Source of the DNA: Psilocybe cubensis
Lineage: Eukaryota
Assembly (NCBI GenBank): GCA_017499595.2
Contig: CM039007.1
Coordinates: 1,426,001 to 1,490,000, forward strand
Direction: 5' to 3'
DNA length: 64,000 nucleotides
The translations under genes were made by a program, and so were the position numbers. Below, piece by piece: positions 28,601 to 41,260 of this stretch. The stretch's first letter is position 1. Every line of letters starts with the position of its first letter. A model generated the notes under the pieces. That model searched no databases. It saw only the letters and a list, made by a program, of their open reading frames with translations, and was not told the DNA's origin.

Positions 28601-29107
28601 GTCCTATATGAAAATATTTCATTGTTTTAATGCAACGGCTGAGTATGACCTTTACCGATGCTAAAAACTGTAAACTCGGTAAATTTTGATAAAAGAAAAC
28701 TGTCTGCGCTTTGCGGAGCAGAGGACGCGTTGCTTCAGACATGATCGAGCGATCTGTGACAAAGGAAGGTATGCGATCTGAAAATTCCATTTGGGGATGG
28801 TAAAAGGTCGCCTAACAAGTACATCCTACGTTCTACAACGGTCGAAATATTGTTTAAAGAACCAATTGGCAAGCACTAATGGTTCCTGAAAGATAAAGAT
28901 ATTTGAAGGAAGGACACCCTTGATGAAAAAATGGGGGAAGTACAGAAAGTATGGATGCTATGGCACACTCAATTAAAACAAGATGGTCGAGGGCGATGCC
29001 TCGACATCAGAACTACCAGTAGCGTCATACAACTCGAGGGATATCGAAAAATGTAGAAAATAAGATGGGGAAAGACGCGCATAGCTGACTTATCTGACAC
29101 CTCCGAA

Positions 29108-30726
29108 TCAGATAGTCTCCTCCATGGTGAAGCTCGTAACCTGGGGGAGGTATGCACCAGCGGCAAGATCGAGGATGTGAACATCATCGAACGCAGTAGC
29201 ACCATTGAATCCCCCAAAAACGAATAGACGACTGTCCGCCAAGATGGTTGCATGGTACCCGCGGATTGACGGTGGTTTCCCAAGGACCACACGGTCTTCG
29301 TATTGCAGTGATACTGTAGCAAGGGGGAAGGCGACAACGTCAGAGATACAGAAATGTATGATGTAATTTGTGAGCATACCTAGATTGTACATCAAAAGGT
29401 CTGATACATAGTCTGTTGCCCCATGCCCGCCAACAATAAAGATATAAGAGCCCACTTGCGTAGCAGAATGGGCAAGTCGTTTATGAAATGATGTTTGTTG
29501 CTTGACGGCACTCCACACAAGCGTATCTGATGAACGTGAACAATTACAATTTGAGTAATGCAGAAGACTAACGAGGTTACGTACCCAAATTTAGACACCA
29601 AACCTCAGTGAATGATTCCTTGCCGTCACTGCCGCCAATAATCACCATGATGTTGCCGACCAAGTTTGCTGTATGATATCCCCTTGGACCAGGCCTCTTG
29701 CTGTTGGTGTGAATCTCTTCCCATCGCATAGGTTTAGCTTGAGTACCCGCTCCGCCAGATATGTCCAATGTCCATAGATCATTTAGAGCAGTCAGTCCTG
29801 TACCTCCTCCAAAAACCCATATTTTGCCCTTGTAATACACTGCGGAATGCGCCCTGCGAGCAGGCGGGCGACGCCCAGGAGCAATGTGTGGCCGGGTCCA
29901 CCTGCGGGTAGCGGTATCAAGAACGTAAACTGCATCATAATATGTCGATCCAAGACCTCCCCCGTAGATAATTAGCTTTTTATCACATAGCGTCGCGGTA
30001 TGGGCACGACAAGGTGGTGGAATGTCCCCGACAGTTTCAGGATGTGACCACTGCATTGTTTCTGAAAGAATAAATCTCAGGATTCGAAACATTACAGGTG
30101 CTGGATGCGAACTAGGAAATGTGAAGAGGGGTAGAAAAGAGATGTTCGGACTCACCTGTGTCAAAACAGTAAATCGCTTTTTCTTTCAGAACATCTTTGT
30201 CGTCGCAACCTCCAACTAACCATGCCGTTGTATCTACCAATGTAGCTGTGTGAGCTCGCAATGTCCTTGAGGGGGCTGCGCCCCAGGCCGGCGCGCGACT
30301 CCAGTACATGACGGTGCTAGGGGCAGGTTCAGCATCCTTATCGTGAGGAACCTTTGGCGTGATGCGATTTTTTGGTTCGGGAATAAGACTACGGGCGTGG
30401 GCAGCAGCGGAACCACGCGTCCTGCTGCTTCCACTGCCACTCGGAGTTGGAACAACTGTGGAGGATGAAGACGTTCTCTTGACAGTTGAAGAGCTAGATC
30501 CTGACGACGATGTCAGATGCTCGCTTGAGGTCCTTCCCAGGGTACGAACGCTAGCCGTCTTCCTGGAGGCCTTCCCAGTGCTGCTGCTGTTAACTGTGGT
30601 TGTAGAACTAGTAGGCGAAGTCATTGAGTATGGCGATGCCGTTTTAGGATCTTCTTCGGGAACTTCAGGAACATTTGGGAGACACCGAGTCGAAGAACTC
30701 GTGGTAGGAGTAGGAGTCGCGTCCAT
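29108..30726 (-). CDS. Kelch-repeat beta-propeller protein with Ser-rich N-terminus
   Basis: Repeated Kelch units such as RAHTATL..IYGG, RAHSAVYYKGKIWVFGG, RGYHTANLVGNIMVIIGG and RGYHATILADSRLFVFGG. 4 exons; ATG (MDATPTP) at 30726. Confidence 0.9.
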
Positions 30727-30977
30727 TTGTGTTTCAGGGGAAGATATAGACGCTGAAGCTGGGAACGAGAAAGTGCTCAACGCCGCATCAAAGCGCACTG
30801 GCAGATTATCCTATTTATTCCCGTGGGAACAATTTGTATCCTTCTCAAACATCCAATAGTACAACAAAGCTTGAATTCAAACCACCACCGTCGTACTCCG
30901 TGATACATGACCCACACAAAAAGCGTTTTCAATCTACACTTTCTACGAAAGAACATATGCCCAATCATAAGAGCTTT

Positions 30978-33799
30978 TTAAACAAGCATCTTGTAATCAG
31001 CATTGGCAAAAATCAGAGATTGATCCAGAATGTCCAAACTTCCGAACTTGCTGGCCACGTCGTCTCCATACAGAGCTTCTATCCATCTTGTGTACAATCC
31101 CCTGAAGTCCTTTTGTGTCGACCTGACCATGGAACTCCGACGTCCACGATCGGTCCCGACCTGCACAAGAGCCACTTCACGGATTGACGGTGTATTGAAC
31201 ATCTCGCTGTACAATCTACCCCAGGTTACCAAACCACACTCCCGAAGGGCGACATATTCGTGGAACGAAATGAAATTACCTTGACCCACCTTTTTTGGTC
31301 CCAATGAAAGTACTTGCTCCCATTCCACCCTCAAATGTTGGTAGTCGTTGAGATCGCTAAAGCATTGTCTTCTCAGCTTGGTATCTATCGGCAGATTCTC
31401 AATTGCAACTCCAGCAGTACTGCTGTCCAAGGAAGACTTGAACCCTGGTGGAGGAAGGAAATGGGTGGAATCAGAAGGCGCATAAGGTGTCTGTAATGCA
31501 GAGCATAGCAAAGTTGGATTGAACAACTGGAGGCCACCGGCAGCGACTGGAAAGTAGAAGTACCCTTCTGGGAAATCGTGGGCTCCAAATTGCTTGATTA
31601 TCCTATTTCGAAGGTACCCAGTTGGCCCAATATTGGGCTCTTCAAAGAGTCCATTTTGCACCTTCTTGTACGCCTTTATCAGATCTCCGACAAGTGCGCT
31701 TCCCAGCCCATTCACAGGAACACCTCCAAAGTGTCTGGAAAGGTGAGCCATGTATCTGTTATAGATTTGCACCCATCCTATGACTGATTTGGTGGCGTCC
31801 AGTTGTCGACGAAATTCAGTAATCTGCAGGTCGACCTCGGTTTGGTTGACCACGAAGTTTAAAGTTCCGGAATCGAACTTGAGAAGGCCCCATTTGACCT
31901 CTCCCTTGGGTAGTAGAGCTTCCTCGGCTGTTGGAGGTCCCGAATACACTGCTCCAGACTTTTTGTCGTCAAATTTCACTCCTATGATTGCCGCATATTC
32001 GCACATCGCCTTCCACGCTTTGACACATTTCTTGACATCCGAGTCCCAGAACCACATTTCATCGTGGATTCTGTATAAACGCAACCCCTTCGTTCGACGA
32101 TTGACAGCGACGTCCATAATGAACATGATCGTCTCGGTGAAGAACGTGCTGGAAGCGTAACCTGATGGTATTCCTCTTTTGCACACACGCGGGACGGTTT
32201 CTCCTGGCAAAATAACTGGTACGGCAAGAGATGTTTGAAAGAATGTGACCCATTTTTGGGGCACTCCAAGATATGCAAGAACGATCAGAATAGATTCGTG
32301 GGGTAAGCAAGATGCCAAATTCGTTATAACTGAATGGACCATAGCATGACAACCGTGAATCAGGCTGTTTAAACGACTTTCCGCTGCCATTAGATGAAGC
32401 GCCTGACGTCTGGCTGCCACCGCGCTCTGTTTTTCTCGCTGCCACATATCGGATTCAGGCATGTTGATGAAATCGCTGTGGCGGTCGAGACGGTGATGCC
32501 CAATGTCGTTCAAATCAGAAAGGAGGAAGACTTGTCTGAACGTTTGCTCACGAATGTCGTCGATGGATTGGCCGTTCGCTTGTTTCGAGAGCATGCTGAC
32601 CTTGCTTTTTGCGTGCTCCTGCGTGATGGAATATGCTTTCCTTTTCCAACCACTACTGTAGAAGAACTGTGTGCAAGCCATCTTCAATTGCACCTTCCAT
32701 TTTTTGCCAATAAATTGCAAAACGATGGCGTCGATTAATTCAGGTTCAATGGATACACTGAAAAACATCAAGTCAGTTTAAAATCAGCAATGATGTATTC
32801 AAAAACTCACCAAAATTCATCGCTTCTCTGACTTCGGATAGCCACCTTGACGCCTTCTTTTGGCCAAGACCAAGTATCGATGTTAAGCACCCTCATAGTC
32901 GCAATACTGATGACCTGATCGCGCGCTGTCGGATTCCCTTGGATATGTTCAATGACCTCCCGCTGTTGCCCGTCCACCAGCCCGGAAGTCAGCAAGTCCT
33001 CAAGAATATCGTGTATACTATCGCCTATATGCTCCGCGTCAAATTGGACTCCAAAGCGATAGTTGGATGCTCGCACCTCTGCTAGCGCCTGTGTGACCTC
33101 CTCTGGCTCGAACAAGTTATCCAAGTAGTCGAATAAGTTGCTGAAGCTAGTGGTGTGTTCCTCAAATGCTGTGGATACAAATTTTTCATGTGCGATCCTT
33201 GCTTTGCGCTCAGCGTCGTCGGAATCTTGGTTCATATTCTCAGAGCTTTTGCTATGCTCGCCAGGCGCATCCGACAACATGTCGAAATCTTCATCTTCTT
33301 CAACCCCGCCTGAACCTGGAAGTCTACCTCCATAATAAGGTACCTCGGAATCTCCACTAGACAGGTACTCCAGATACATCTCTCCAGCTAACTTCGCCAT
33401 CTGTAGTCGGTTGCTTATATGCTGAACATGTCCCTCGAGCGTTTCTTCCCATCCACGGATAATCTTCATGTCAAAACCCACCTCCTCTCTCGCCTGCTTT
33501 ATCCCGAACTCCAGGTTGCTGAGCTCCAGTCTCCCACCAACCGTCGTTCCATGGAGTTTACCGGCCCCATTCCATTGTTTTACAGCCTCGATGAGGTGTT
33601 CGATTCTTTTCAGTAGGTCCTCTTTATCGGCTACTACAGACACGGGTGCTCCATTGGTTTTGACCATGTTCTCTTTCTTGGCGAAGATACTCGCTATTGC
33701 ATTGCCATATGCGACACGTTGTTTCTCTATCTCTTCCAGCTTTGCGATGGCGATAGATTGCAGGGTGTCATTGAATGTGGGTGTAGGAAATGACGACAT
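30978..33799 (-). CDS. rvt: rvt-family cellular reverse-transcriptase-related protein, intact ORF with degenerate catalytic motifs (922 aa)
   Basis: Two exons (33799-32811 and 32757-30978) with a 53-nt GT-AG intron. N-terminal helical region TLQSIAIAKLEEIEKQR; RT core LPHES..LGVP..W, KRGIPSG, LYRIHDEMWFW, KKSG, LPKGEVKWGLL, FPEGYFYFPVAAGGL. No LTR, gag, endonuclease or TSD. Confidence 0.85.
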
Positions 33800-34054
33800 T
33801 GTTACCTTTCGGCGTGTTGTGGGCGCTTACTGAAGATGGCTTTGTAAGATGAGTTCCTTGAATTGGTATTCTCGAATTTTTTGGTAATAAATGCCGAGGT
33901 CGACCGATGAAGTATTTATGTCAATTGCAAGTGGTCCGTGCTGCTTTGCCTGGGAAGCCACATATGTACATCAATGGTGTAGACAAGGTGTAGAGTCACC
34001 CTACAGTCCATCGGGTCCGGTGTGTCCTAATCTGAAATATGACATAGTATGGCA

Positions 34055-34507
34055 TAAGGCTCCAACCGTTTCATTTGTTTATCGTTTGTAAACCGTATAT
34101 ACCATTTACCGTTTCGTTTAGTTTACGAGCCTTGTTAAACAGTTTACAAACGTTTATAAACGGTTCAAACGGTAACAGATTTTTGTGCTAAAGTATATCT
34201 CTTTTTTGGACAATATTAGGTGCGTATTACATCAAATGATTCATCTTTTATTCTTTACACCAAACTAACTCATTTGCACTCTTGTTTTGGTCCCATTTTT
34301 GTACCAATTAGGTGCCGACTATTATATTCCTTGGCAAATGGGCCGCATTAGGACAAGTGATGCGTTGAACGCTGTTGAACGCCTGCCCTTGTAGCCACCC
34401 TCGAGCTTACTGTTTACAAACGTTTATAAACGTTTGTAAACTGTTTATTACCGTTTCCGTTTAGTTTGTAAAAAAATTTAAACGGAAACTAAACGGTTGG
34501 AGCCTTA
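34055..34507. mobile_element. 453-bp non-autonomous hAT-like MITE, copy 1
   Basis: 17-bp perfect TIR TAAGGCTCCAACCGTTT. 8-bp TSD GTATGGCA at 34047-34054 and 34508-34515. Subterminal GTTTACAAAC/GTTTATAAAC repeats; no ORF. Confidence 0.95.
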
Positions 34508-35292
34508 GTATGGCATCAAAATGACATGCACAGTAATTTTCGAGGTAAACACACTGAATAATTTGATTGCGCTGTTTTATTCACCGCCAGTCTTAGGACT
34601 GTTTAGGTCTTTAGACTCTTGCAGGTTATGCGTGTTGTGTTGCATTTAAGTTTGACTTGATTCCCATGGGACTTTCCTTATCAGATTAGATACGGTCAAT
34701 TCGCTGCTGACGTAATTTCCATACATAGTCATCAGTCGGTCGCGTGGACGTCAATCATCGCCTGATCTGACTCAGGACGAAAATATCTTCGAGAATGTGA
34801 ATGGCACTCCATGCTATGCACCCTTCTGCAGATAGATTGAACTCTTCGCTAAGGTGTAGTACTTTCCTGGTAGTAATCAAACGGCATTCTATCCAAGAAT
34901 CTTACTTGAGAATGTTTCAGAGACGCCTCTTTCCCGGAAGGCTGCGCACTACAAAAGTCACCTCCAAGTTTTAAGAAAAATGGTGGTTTTAGTAACCATA
35001 CGGCCTACTATTTACAGAACACATAGTTGGGCTCTGGTCGCTGTGTCCGCAGTCCTGAATATACCAGGTGGTGACACATTGCCGATAGCCAGTCCAATCA
35101 CCTGTCCCGGAAAATGTATCTGGGCGCTGGCAGTGGCTTTGACAATGGCAAGTAGGGTAATACACAGCCCCACAACCGTGCAGACCGCAATTCCTTTTCA
35201 TTAAAAGAACGTTACTATCAGAACCTTCAGAGCACCCAGCGCTCAGGCAACGCCCATACTCTTCAGCTTGAAACTGTCTTTCAACTATTAAC

Positions 35293-35873
35293 ATGATCAT
35301 TGTCGGTTCATCGCAAGCCCCTAAAGGGCCGGCACCTTTGGACTACGAGTTAGCATCGAGGCTAACAGCGATGAGCAACCAGCAAAATTTAGAGGGAAGA
35401 CACGTCGAACATTACGCAGCCGCACCTCCATATTATCCAGGGCCTCCTGTTGGAGGGGAGCATCCGATGGTCATCGTAAACGAGGCATCAATAGGTGCTC
35501 AATATCAAGCCGAACGTATGTGATTATTCTCTCCCGTGGCTAGTGTTACTCGAGCACCTGATATTACAACGTCCTGCCCGCTTTTAGTTTTTGCGCGTTG
35601 TGCCAGAGGAGATCATCAGACCACAAGACGGTTCAGACCGCTAGGCATTATCACAGCTATAGTGCGAAATTCCCTCCAAGTTACAAACTTCTATTTCTTT
35701 TCTGAAAGAGCCATTCTTCTGGCTAGATTCTGTTCCCCGTGGGATTGCTTTGTTTATAGTAAGTTGGTTAAGGTCACAAAAACCTTGCGCCTCCGTCTTG
35801 ATTTTTTTGTACTCTCATAGCGCAGACTCCGAGAAGAAATGCGCCCGTTGTGGTGAAATCCTCTTATCATGAT
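35293..35873 (+). CDS. Small Pro-rich BRI3 (brain protein I3)-like membrane protein
   Basis: PPYY-containing N-terminus, then spliced exons giving FARCARGDH..PLGIITAI..FPVGLLCL..EKKCARCGE. Confidence 0.65.
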
Positions 35874-36613
35874 GCCGAACGGGTCTAAGCAGATATTCCA
35901 ATCGCAGTTGAACCCAAAAACATTTCTCTCAATTATACCCCGCCTCATCATACCCCTGTACTCGTCAGCTAATGCGATGAAGGAATCAAGGCCATCACCG
36001 TTTCTTTGGTTCCAAAATAGCAGAAAATATCATATTTATTCAAGGATCCTATACCACTGGATTTTTTATAAAACTGTAATCAAATTTCAGACACACGGTG
36101 TCTGGCGGCGGCGGTTGAGATGCGTAAAACCGCTGTATTGGTCCATAGAAATGACCGCTATCTCCAAAATTGGTCATATCTAATATTTGCCTCTCTTTCT
36201 AGTATCTTCTGTTGAACAGCCTTTTCTGAATCCACACATTTTGAGGTGATTTGTCCCATGTTCTAAGATTAGTTTCAGTCGCCAACTCATGCTCATGTAC
36301 TGCAGAATCGGCTCATTTATAGGTATGTCGCTTGCACATCTCTGGCTTCTACGGCACAAGATCTGAATTTTTTTTCTCCTCTGAATCCAGCAAGTCGTAT
36401 CTACCGTTCGCTTGGTCGCTTCTTTTCACCTTCTTTGCCATATGGCATACCGCTGTTCATGTCTGAGTCAAACACTCATGACACGTCAATATGCACCTTC
36501 AGGAGCATCATTTATTGTGCTTTATTGAAACGCACGTTTGTTAGCTTCCATTTTGAATGCTTAAAAGCAGAAAAACGCCTCTAAGGAAAATCTGTCCACG
36601 AACGCCAAGCAAA

Positions 36614-37790
36614 ATGCGCCTCACTCCATCTCTATTAGCATTATCTCTAATTTCCACATGTGCTGCTCAGAAAAAGGTTGTATTAACCAACGATGATGGT
36701 TGGGCGACAGCCCAGATCCGAGCAGAATATGCTGCACTTCAAGCCGCTGGCTTCAACGTAGGGCACATCTGGTGATCGATACGTACGCCCGTGTATCTTA
36801 CAGAGTTAAATAGGTCATTCTATCTGCCCCTGCAATCAACAAGTCTGGGACCGGTTCGTCTACTACTACCCCAACAACGCTAACTACCGCCTGTGAATTT
36901 AATACTTGCCCTTCTGGTTCTCCTGCGACGGGAGCAAATTCAACCGATCGTAAGTTGCCTACATTTAATTCTATTGCAGCCTGTAGTATCGATACTTACT
37001 TTGTGATATTAGCTCGAATTAACTATGTTAACGCATTTCCGTATGTGGACTCTGTTTATTTCTTTTCCTGTCACTTAGAAGCGAATTTCTTTCAACAGAG
37101 TGGATGCTGTTCGCTTTGGAATCCAGACTCTTGCTCCAAAATTCTTTGGATCAAAGCCTGACTTTGTTATCAGTGGGTCCAACATCGGAAGTAAGTTTAC
37201 TTCGCGAAGACTAGAAAGTGATTAGGGATTAAATTTAGTGAATATTAGCCAACCTGGGAAGCATCGGTGGCTCTGGCACAGTGTATGCCCTTTTTTCAAT
37301 GTTCGAACATGTCTAACCAATTGCATTTAGAGGCGCTGCATCTGAGGCTGCGTTGGAGGGAATTCCCTCAATTGCATTCTCTGGAAGTTCAGGATCTCAA
37401 GTTTCGTATACCACACTGTCCGATACGACAACCACATCGACCATGGCCGCCAACATCTACACCAGCCTCATCCTCAAACTTACCAATCAATTGTTAAACA
37501 ACACCAGTCCCATTCTCCCAGCGGGAATCAGCCTCAATGTCAACTTTGCGTCCATTTCTAGTTGCCCATCTGCCTCTAGTTTCAAATTTGTCCTCACAAG
37601 ACTGGAGTCCAGTTCTGCCACAGACGTCACTACCTGCGGGACCAATAAATTAACACCAGAATCGACGGCTATTAAGGAAGGATGTATTGCGACAGTTAGC
37701 GTTTTCAACGCGTCGACGAAGGCCGATGTCAATTCTGCTACCCAAGGCGTCGTTTTGAACAAACTTCAACCAATACTCGGCTGCCTTTAA
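36614..37790 (+). CDS. Secreted SurE-like phosphatase/nucleotidase, copy 1
   Basis: Signal peptide MRLTPSLLALSLISTCAA, then VVLTNDDGW, SAPAINKSGTG, SGSNIG and EGIPSIAFSG. Several short exons. Confidence 0.88.
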
Positions 37791-38327
37791 CTGTAAAGGT
37801 TCATAGGATTTAATTTTGCAGAACCTGTGTAATACTCGTCGTAGTACTAGTTTGGTTGAATGATTTTCGTATCACTAGCTGTTTGAAAAATGTGCCTTCT
37901 GGATTTGTGCATAAATTTTTATCTCAAACTCCAATATAACCTGGTGAATTTCTTGTCTTCTGCATCATACAGCATCACATACGCACGTTCAGGTTCACGA
38001 TGAATAAAGGATATATTTTTAGAATTAGGAGATGGTTTTAAAATCAGAAGGGTCGATTCATGTGGAAATCACAAGTATTTCAATGAACGTTGCAAAACAT
38101 CCACACTAAAATGACACGCATGACACCAACAGCCCTCCTCCATGATTATCGTTGGAACATGGGAAATACACGAAGTGCAATCTCATGTGGGCATAACAAA
38201 CACCAAAATCGGGAGTGCACGTTCATGATATTCATACGCGTCTTTAAATAGACAGGGTCTCAATGGGGAGAAAATAACTCGCCCTCAAATCCAGAGAGAC
38301 AGAGAGACATTCAAACCCATATTCACT

Positions 38328-39528
38328 ATGCAAAATCGCCTTTACATTTCCATTGTCCTCGCTATGTCCTTACTCATAGGCTGCTATGCGGACACCAACA
38401 TTGTCCTTACCAATGACGATGGATGGGCAGTTGCTCAACTGCGTTCAGAGTATAGCGCGCTTAAAAGTGCCGGATACAACGTTTGTGTGTTACTTCTTTG
38501 ACGCGAATCTTCATTGATCGGCAATACAGGTTATCTTATCCGCTCCTGCAATCAACAAATCGGGAACAGGATCTTCAACCACTACCCCAAAACAGTTGGA
38601 GGTTCCTTGTCAGTTCGAAACCTGCCCCGTTGGATCTCCAGCTTATGGTTATGAGTCCTTTGACCGTAAGTTCAGACCGATTTACTTGCAAGAGATAGGC
38701 TGACCATAGTTTACCGTTGCCAATAGGTAATATCAACTACGTCAATGGCTATCCGTACGTGTACACGTTAGTGTTTGAGAATCATACCTTGCCTAAATAA
38801 TGGCTGTCTGACTGAAATAGAGTGGACGCTGTAAAATATGGCATCAAAACACTCGCTCCCTCCATCTTTGGATCGATTCCTACTCTCGTCATCAGCGGTA
38901 CAAACATTGGAAGTAAGCCATCCATTAACAATTACCCAAGCAAACGAACTCACGATGTATGACCTTCATTGTAGCCAACCTTGGATCTATTTCAGGGTCT
39001 GGTACAGTGTGAGTACCACCTTTTCTAGACAGCCCGGTATGTTTATTAATGTATATGGCCAGAGGAGCAGCTGCAGCTGCAGCCCTTGAAGGCATCCCAT
39101 CGATCGCTTTTTCGGGTTCATCCGGATCCACAGTTTCGTATACCACCCTCACGAGCAACCCGTCATCCAGCTCGTCGAAGTCGGCCAAGATTTACACCGA
39201 TCTCGTCCTTAAGTTTTCCGCGGCTCTGCTCAACAACAGCGGAACTCTCCTGCCCAAAGGCGTCAGCCTCAATGTCAACTTCGCCTCAACTTCTTCATGC
39301 TCTTCCGCATCAAATTACAAGTTTGTGCTGACCCGAGTCAAGTCCAGCAGCAGCGCAACAGACGTGACTACCTGTGGCACCAATAAGCTCACGGACGAGT
39401 CCACAGCGATCAAGAAAGGTTGTATCGCGACAGTGAGTGTGTTCAACGCGACCACAAAGGCTGACGTGGGATCGTCCACACAATCCATCGTCCTGGGCAA
39501 GTTGAAACCAATTTTGGAGTGTCTTTGA
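38328..39528 (+). CDS. Secreted SurE-like phosphatase/nucleotidase, copy 2
   Basis: Signal peptide, then IVLTNDDGW, SAPAINKSGTG, SGTNIG and EGIPSIAFSG. Same exon layout as copy 1. Confidence 0.88.
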
Positions 39529-39646
39529 AACGTCTTCCATTGGTTTGTTGTTAATGGAATACTGTAACTAGATGAGACTACTGTGTTTGTACAATTAGAA
39601 CACATCATCACAGACAGCGAAGAGATGCGCACCATGTACAACCAAT

Positions 39647-41260
39647 CTACTCATTTCCATCGTCTTCTTCCGCTCTTTCCAACGGTTCTACTGACTTGCC
39701 GTCTTTTTGGAGCCGCGAAATTCGCCAGCGTTCGTTTATTGCCTCAACAGTGTCCAACCTCTTTCGTTTTAGCAATGGAACATACTTCAGGCTCCTTTTG
39801 AATGTCCCTCCTCCCAAAGGAATGTTGATATATCTTTCCCTTTCAGGTAAATCCTTCATGTTGTTCAGCCCTTCTAGTCCATTTTTTAGTGGAAGAAGTG
39901 TCGGGGGTACAGGATGATGCTTCTCTGCGGCCCTAATGAAATGGTCATCGAGAGCAGAGAAAACGCGAGAACGGTTATATATTGCTTGAAGTTGGCGATA
40001 CAGACCACCGTTGATAGCATCGTTCTCAGTCAAATTTGAGGTCTGCCAGTCTAGCGCAGATTCGTCGTAGCCGCACTCCCATAGCATTAAGGGCAAGGCA
40101 TCAGCCATTTGATATTCCGGTTTTCGATCAATTGCTTCATATTTCGTGACAGCATCGGTGTCCTCTGGTCGTAGATCTTCGACGCCTTCTTGAGCATTCA
40201 TGAGCTCTGTGACAATTCTCGGAGGCTCAAGGCCTGATCCGACAAGGAAAAGAATGGCCATGATGTGTCGCACTTGATGGTACAAGAATGCTGTTCCGAC
40301 GAGGTCGAAGACATACATATTTCCGTGGGCGTTTTCCTCGCTCTCCAATGGTTCAATGGTGGCACGTAATATTGTTCTTCGAAAGTTTGTTATTTGTTTC
40401 TGGGCATCTAATTTGCACAGATTACGAAAGTCATGTTCACCCATCATTCTCGCAGCGGCTGCCTGCATAGCGGGTATATCGAGGTGTAGGGAAGAGAAGA
40501 AGTACTTGTAGTGCCGGTACTTGCAAGAAAATCGGGCGGAGAAAGATGGATCGACTGGAGACCAGGCAGTAACCCGAATGGTGTCTGGTAGAAGGCGATT
40601 TATCATGGAAAGGTAATCGTGCTCGCGCACCTGGGAGACTTTCTGCACTGAGGTATTTGATGAAGGCTCCGATGAGAAATCCAGATCCCCAAAAAGACCG
40701 TCGGCGTCAGATTCTGGGAGGGATTCTACATCTTCCACTTTTGCCACTTTCTCTACATTAGAGACCTCCTCTTGGGCACCCTGTGAAGGCAATGCGCTTC
40801 TAACCCAAAGCGACACGACCTGACCTCCTGCACTGACTCCACGATCTGTGCGTCCACACTTTTCCCATCCACATCCCTCGAACCCAGCCTCAGGATCAAT
40901 CAAACGCGTCTTTGCTAATGCATCGAAAAGCACATTTTCGACGGTTGGAAGAGGTGTTGGACCCATTTGGAAGGCAAGACCACCGTACTCCCATCCTGAG
41001 TAGCAAAATTTGAGGGCAATTTTTCGCCTTGAATACTTTGAAAAATCGAACGTTTTGCTGATCTTGGGTGGAGGTGGTTCTTGTTTGGTTTTCACATCGG
41101 CAGCGGCACCCTCGAGTTCAGTTAACCTCTCGATCAATCGTTCGCGAGTCCAACCTGCATAAGGACCTGGATTGGGACTTGAAGTAGCAGTTGCTGGCAT
41201 CGAATAACCAAGTCTTGATATAAGTGAGCGTGAACAAAGATAACGACGCCCAAGGTTCAT
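39647..41260 (-). CDS. PUS3: tRNA pseudouridine synthase, TruA family (Pus3/Deg1-like); start may be the ATG at 41200
   Basis: RKIALKFCYSGWEYGG, CGRTDRGVS catalytic Asp motif, FSARFSCKYRHYKY, GEHDFRNLCK and AFLYHQVR. Intronless 537-aa ORF. Confidence 0.92.
   Translation of the reverse strand: MNLGRRYLCSRSLISRLGYSMPATATSSPNPGPYAGWTRERLIERLTELEGAAADVKTKQEPPPPKISKTFDFSKYSRRKIALKFCYSGWEYGGLAFQMGPTPLPTVENVLFDALAKTRLIDPEAGFEGCGWEKCGRTDRGVSAGGQVVSLWVRSALPSQGAQEEVSNVEKVAKVEDVESLPESDADGLFGDLDFSSEPSSNTSVQKVSQVREHDYLSMINRLLPDTIRVTAWSPVDPSFSARFSCKYRHYKYFFSSLHLDIPAMQAAAARMMGEHDFRNLCKLDAQKQITNFRRTILRATIEPLESEENAHGNMYVFDLVGTAFLYHQVRHIMAILFLVGSGLEPPRIVTELMNAQEGVEDLRPEDTDAVTKYEAIDRKPEYQMADALPLMLWECGYDESALDWQTSNLTENDAINGGLYRQLQAIYNRSRVFSALDDHFIRAAEKHHPVPPTLLPLKNGLEGLNNMKDLPERERYINIPLGGGTFKRSLKYVPLLKRKRLDTVEAINERWRISRLQKDGKSVEPLERAEEDDGNE

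Noticed and set aside
30978-33799. Reading this RT as a LINE, LTR element or telomerase
   Set aside because: No gag, endonuclease, LTR, poly-A tail or TSD. It has a spliceosomal intron and rvt-type HD-x motif context.
34080-34480. Short palindromic repeats that could suggest a CRISPR-like array
   Set aside because: Irregular spacing, no unique spacers, eukaryotic context; explained as MITE subterminal repeats.
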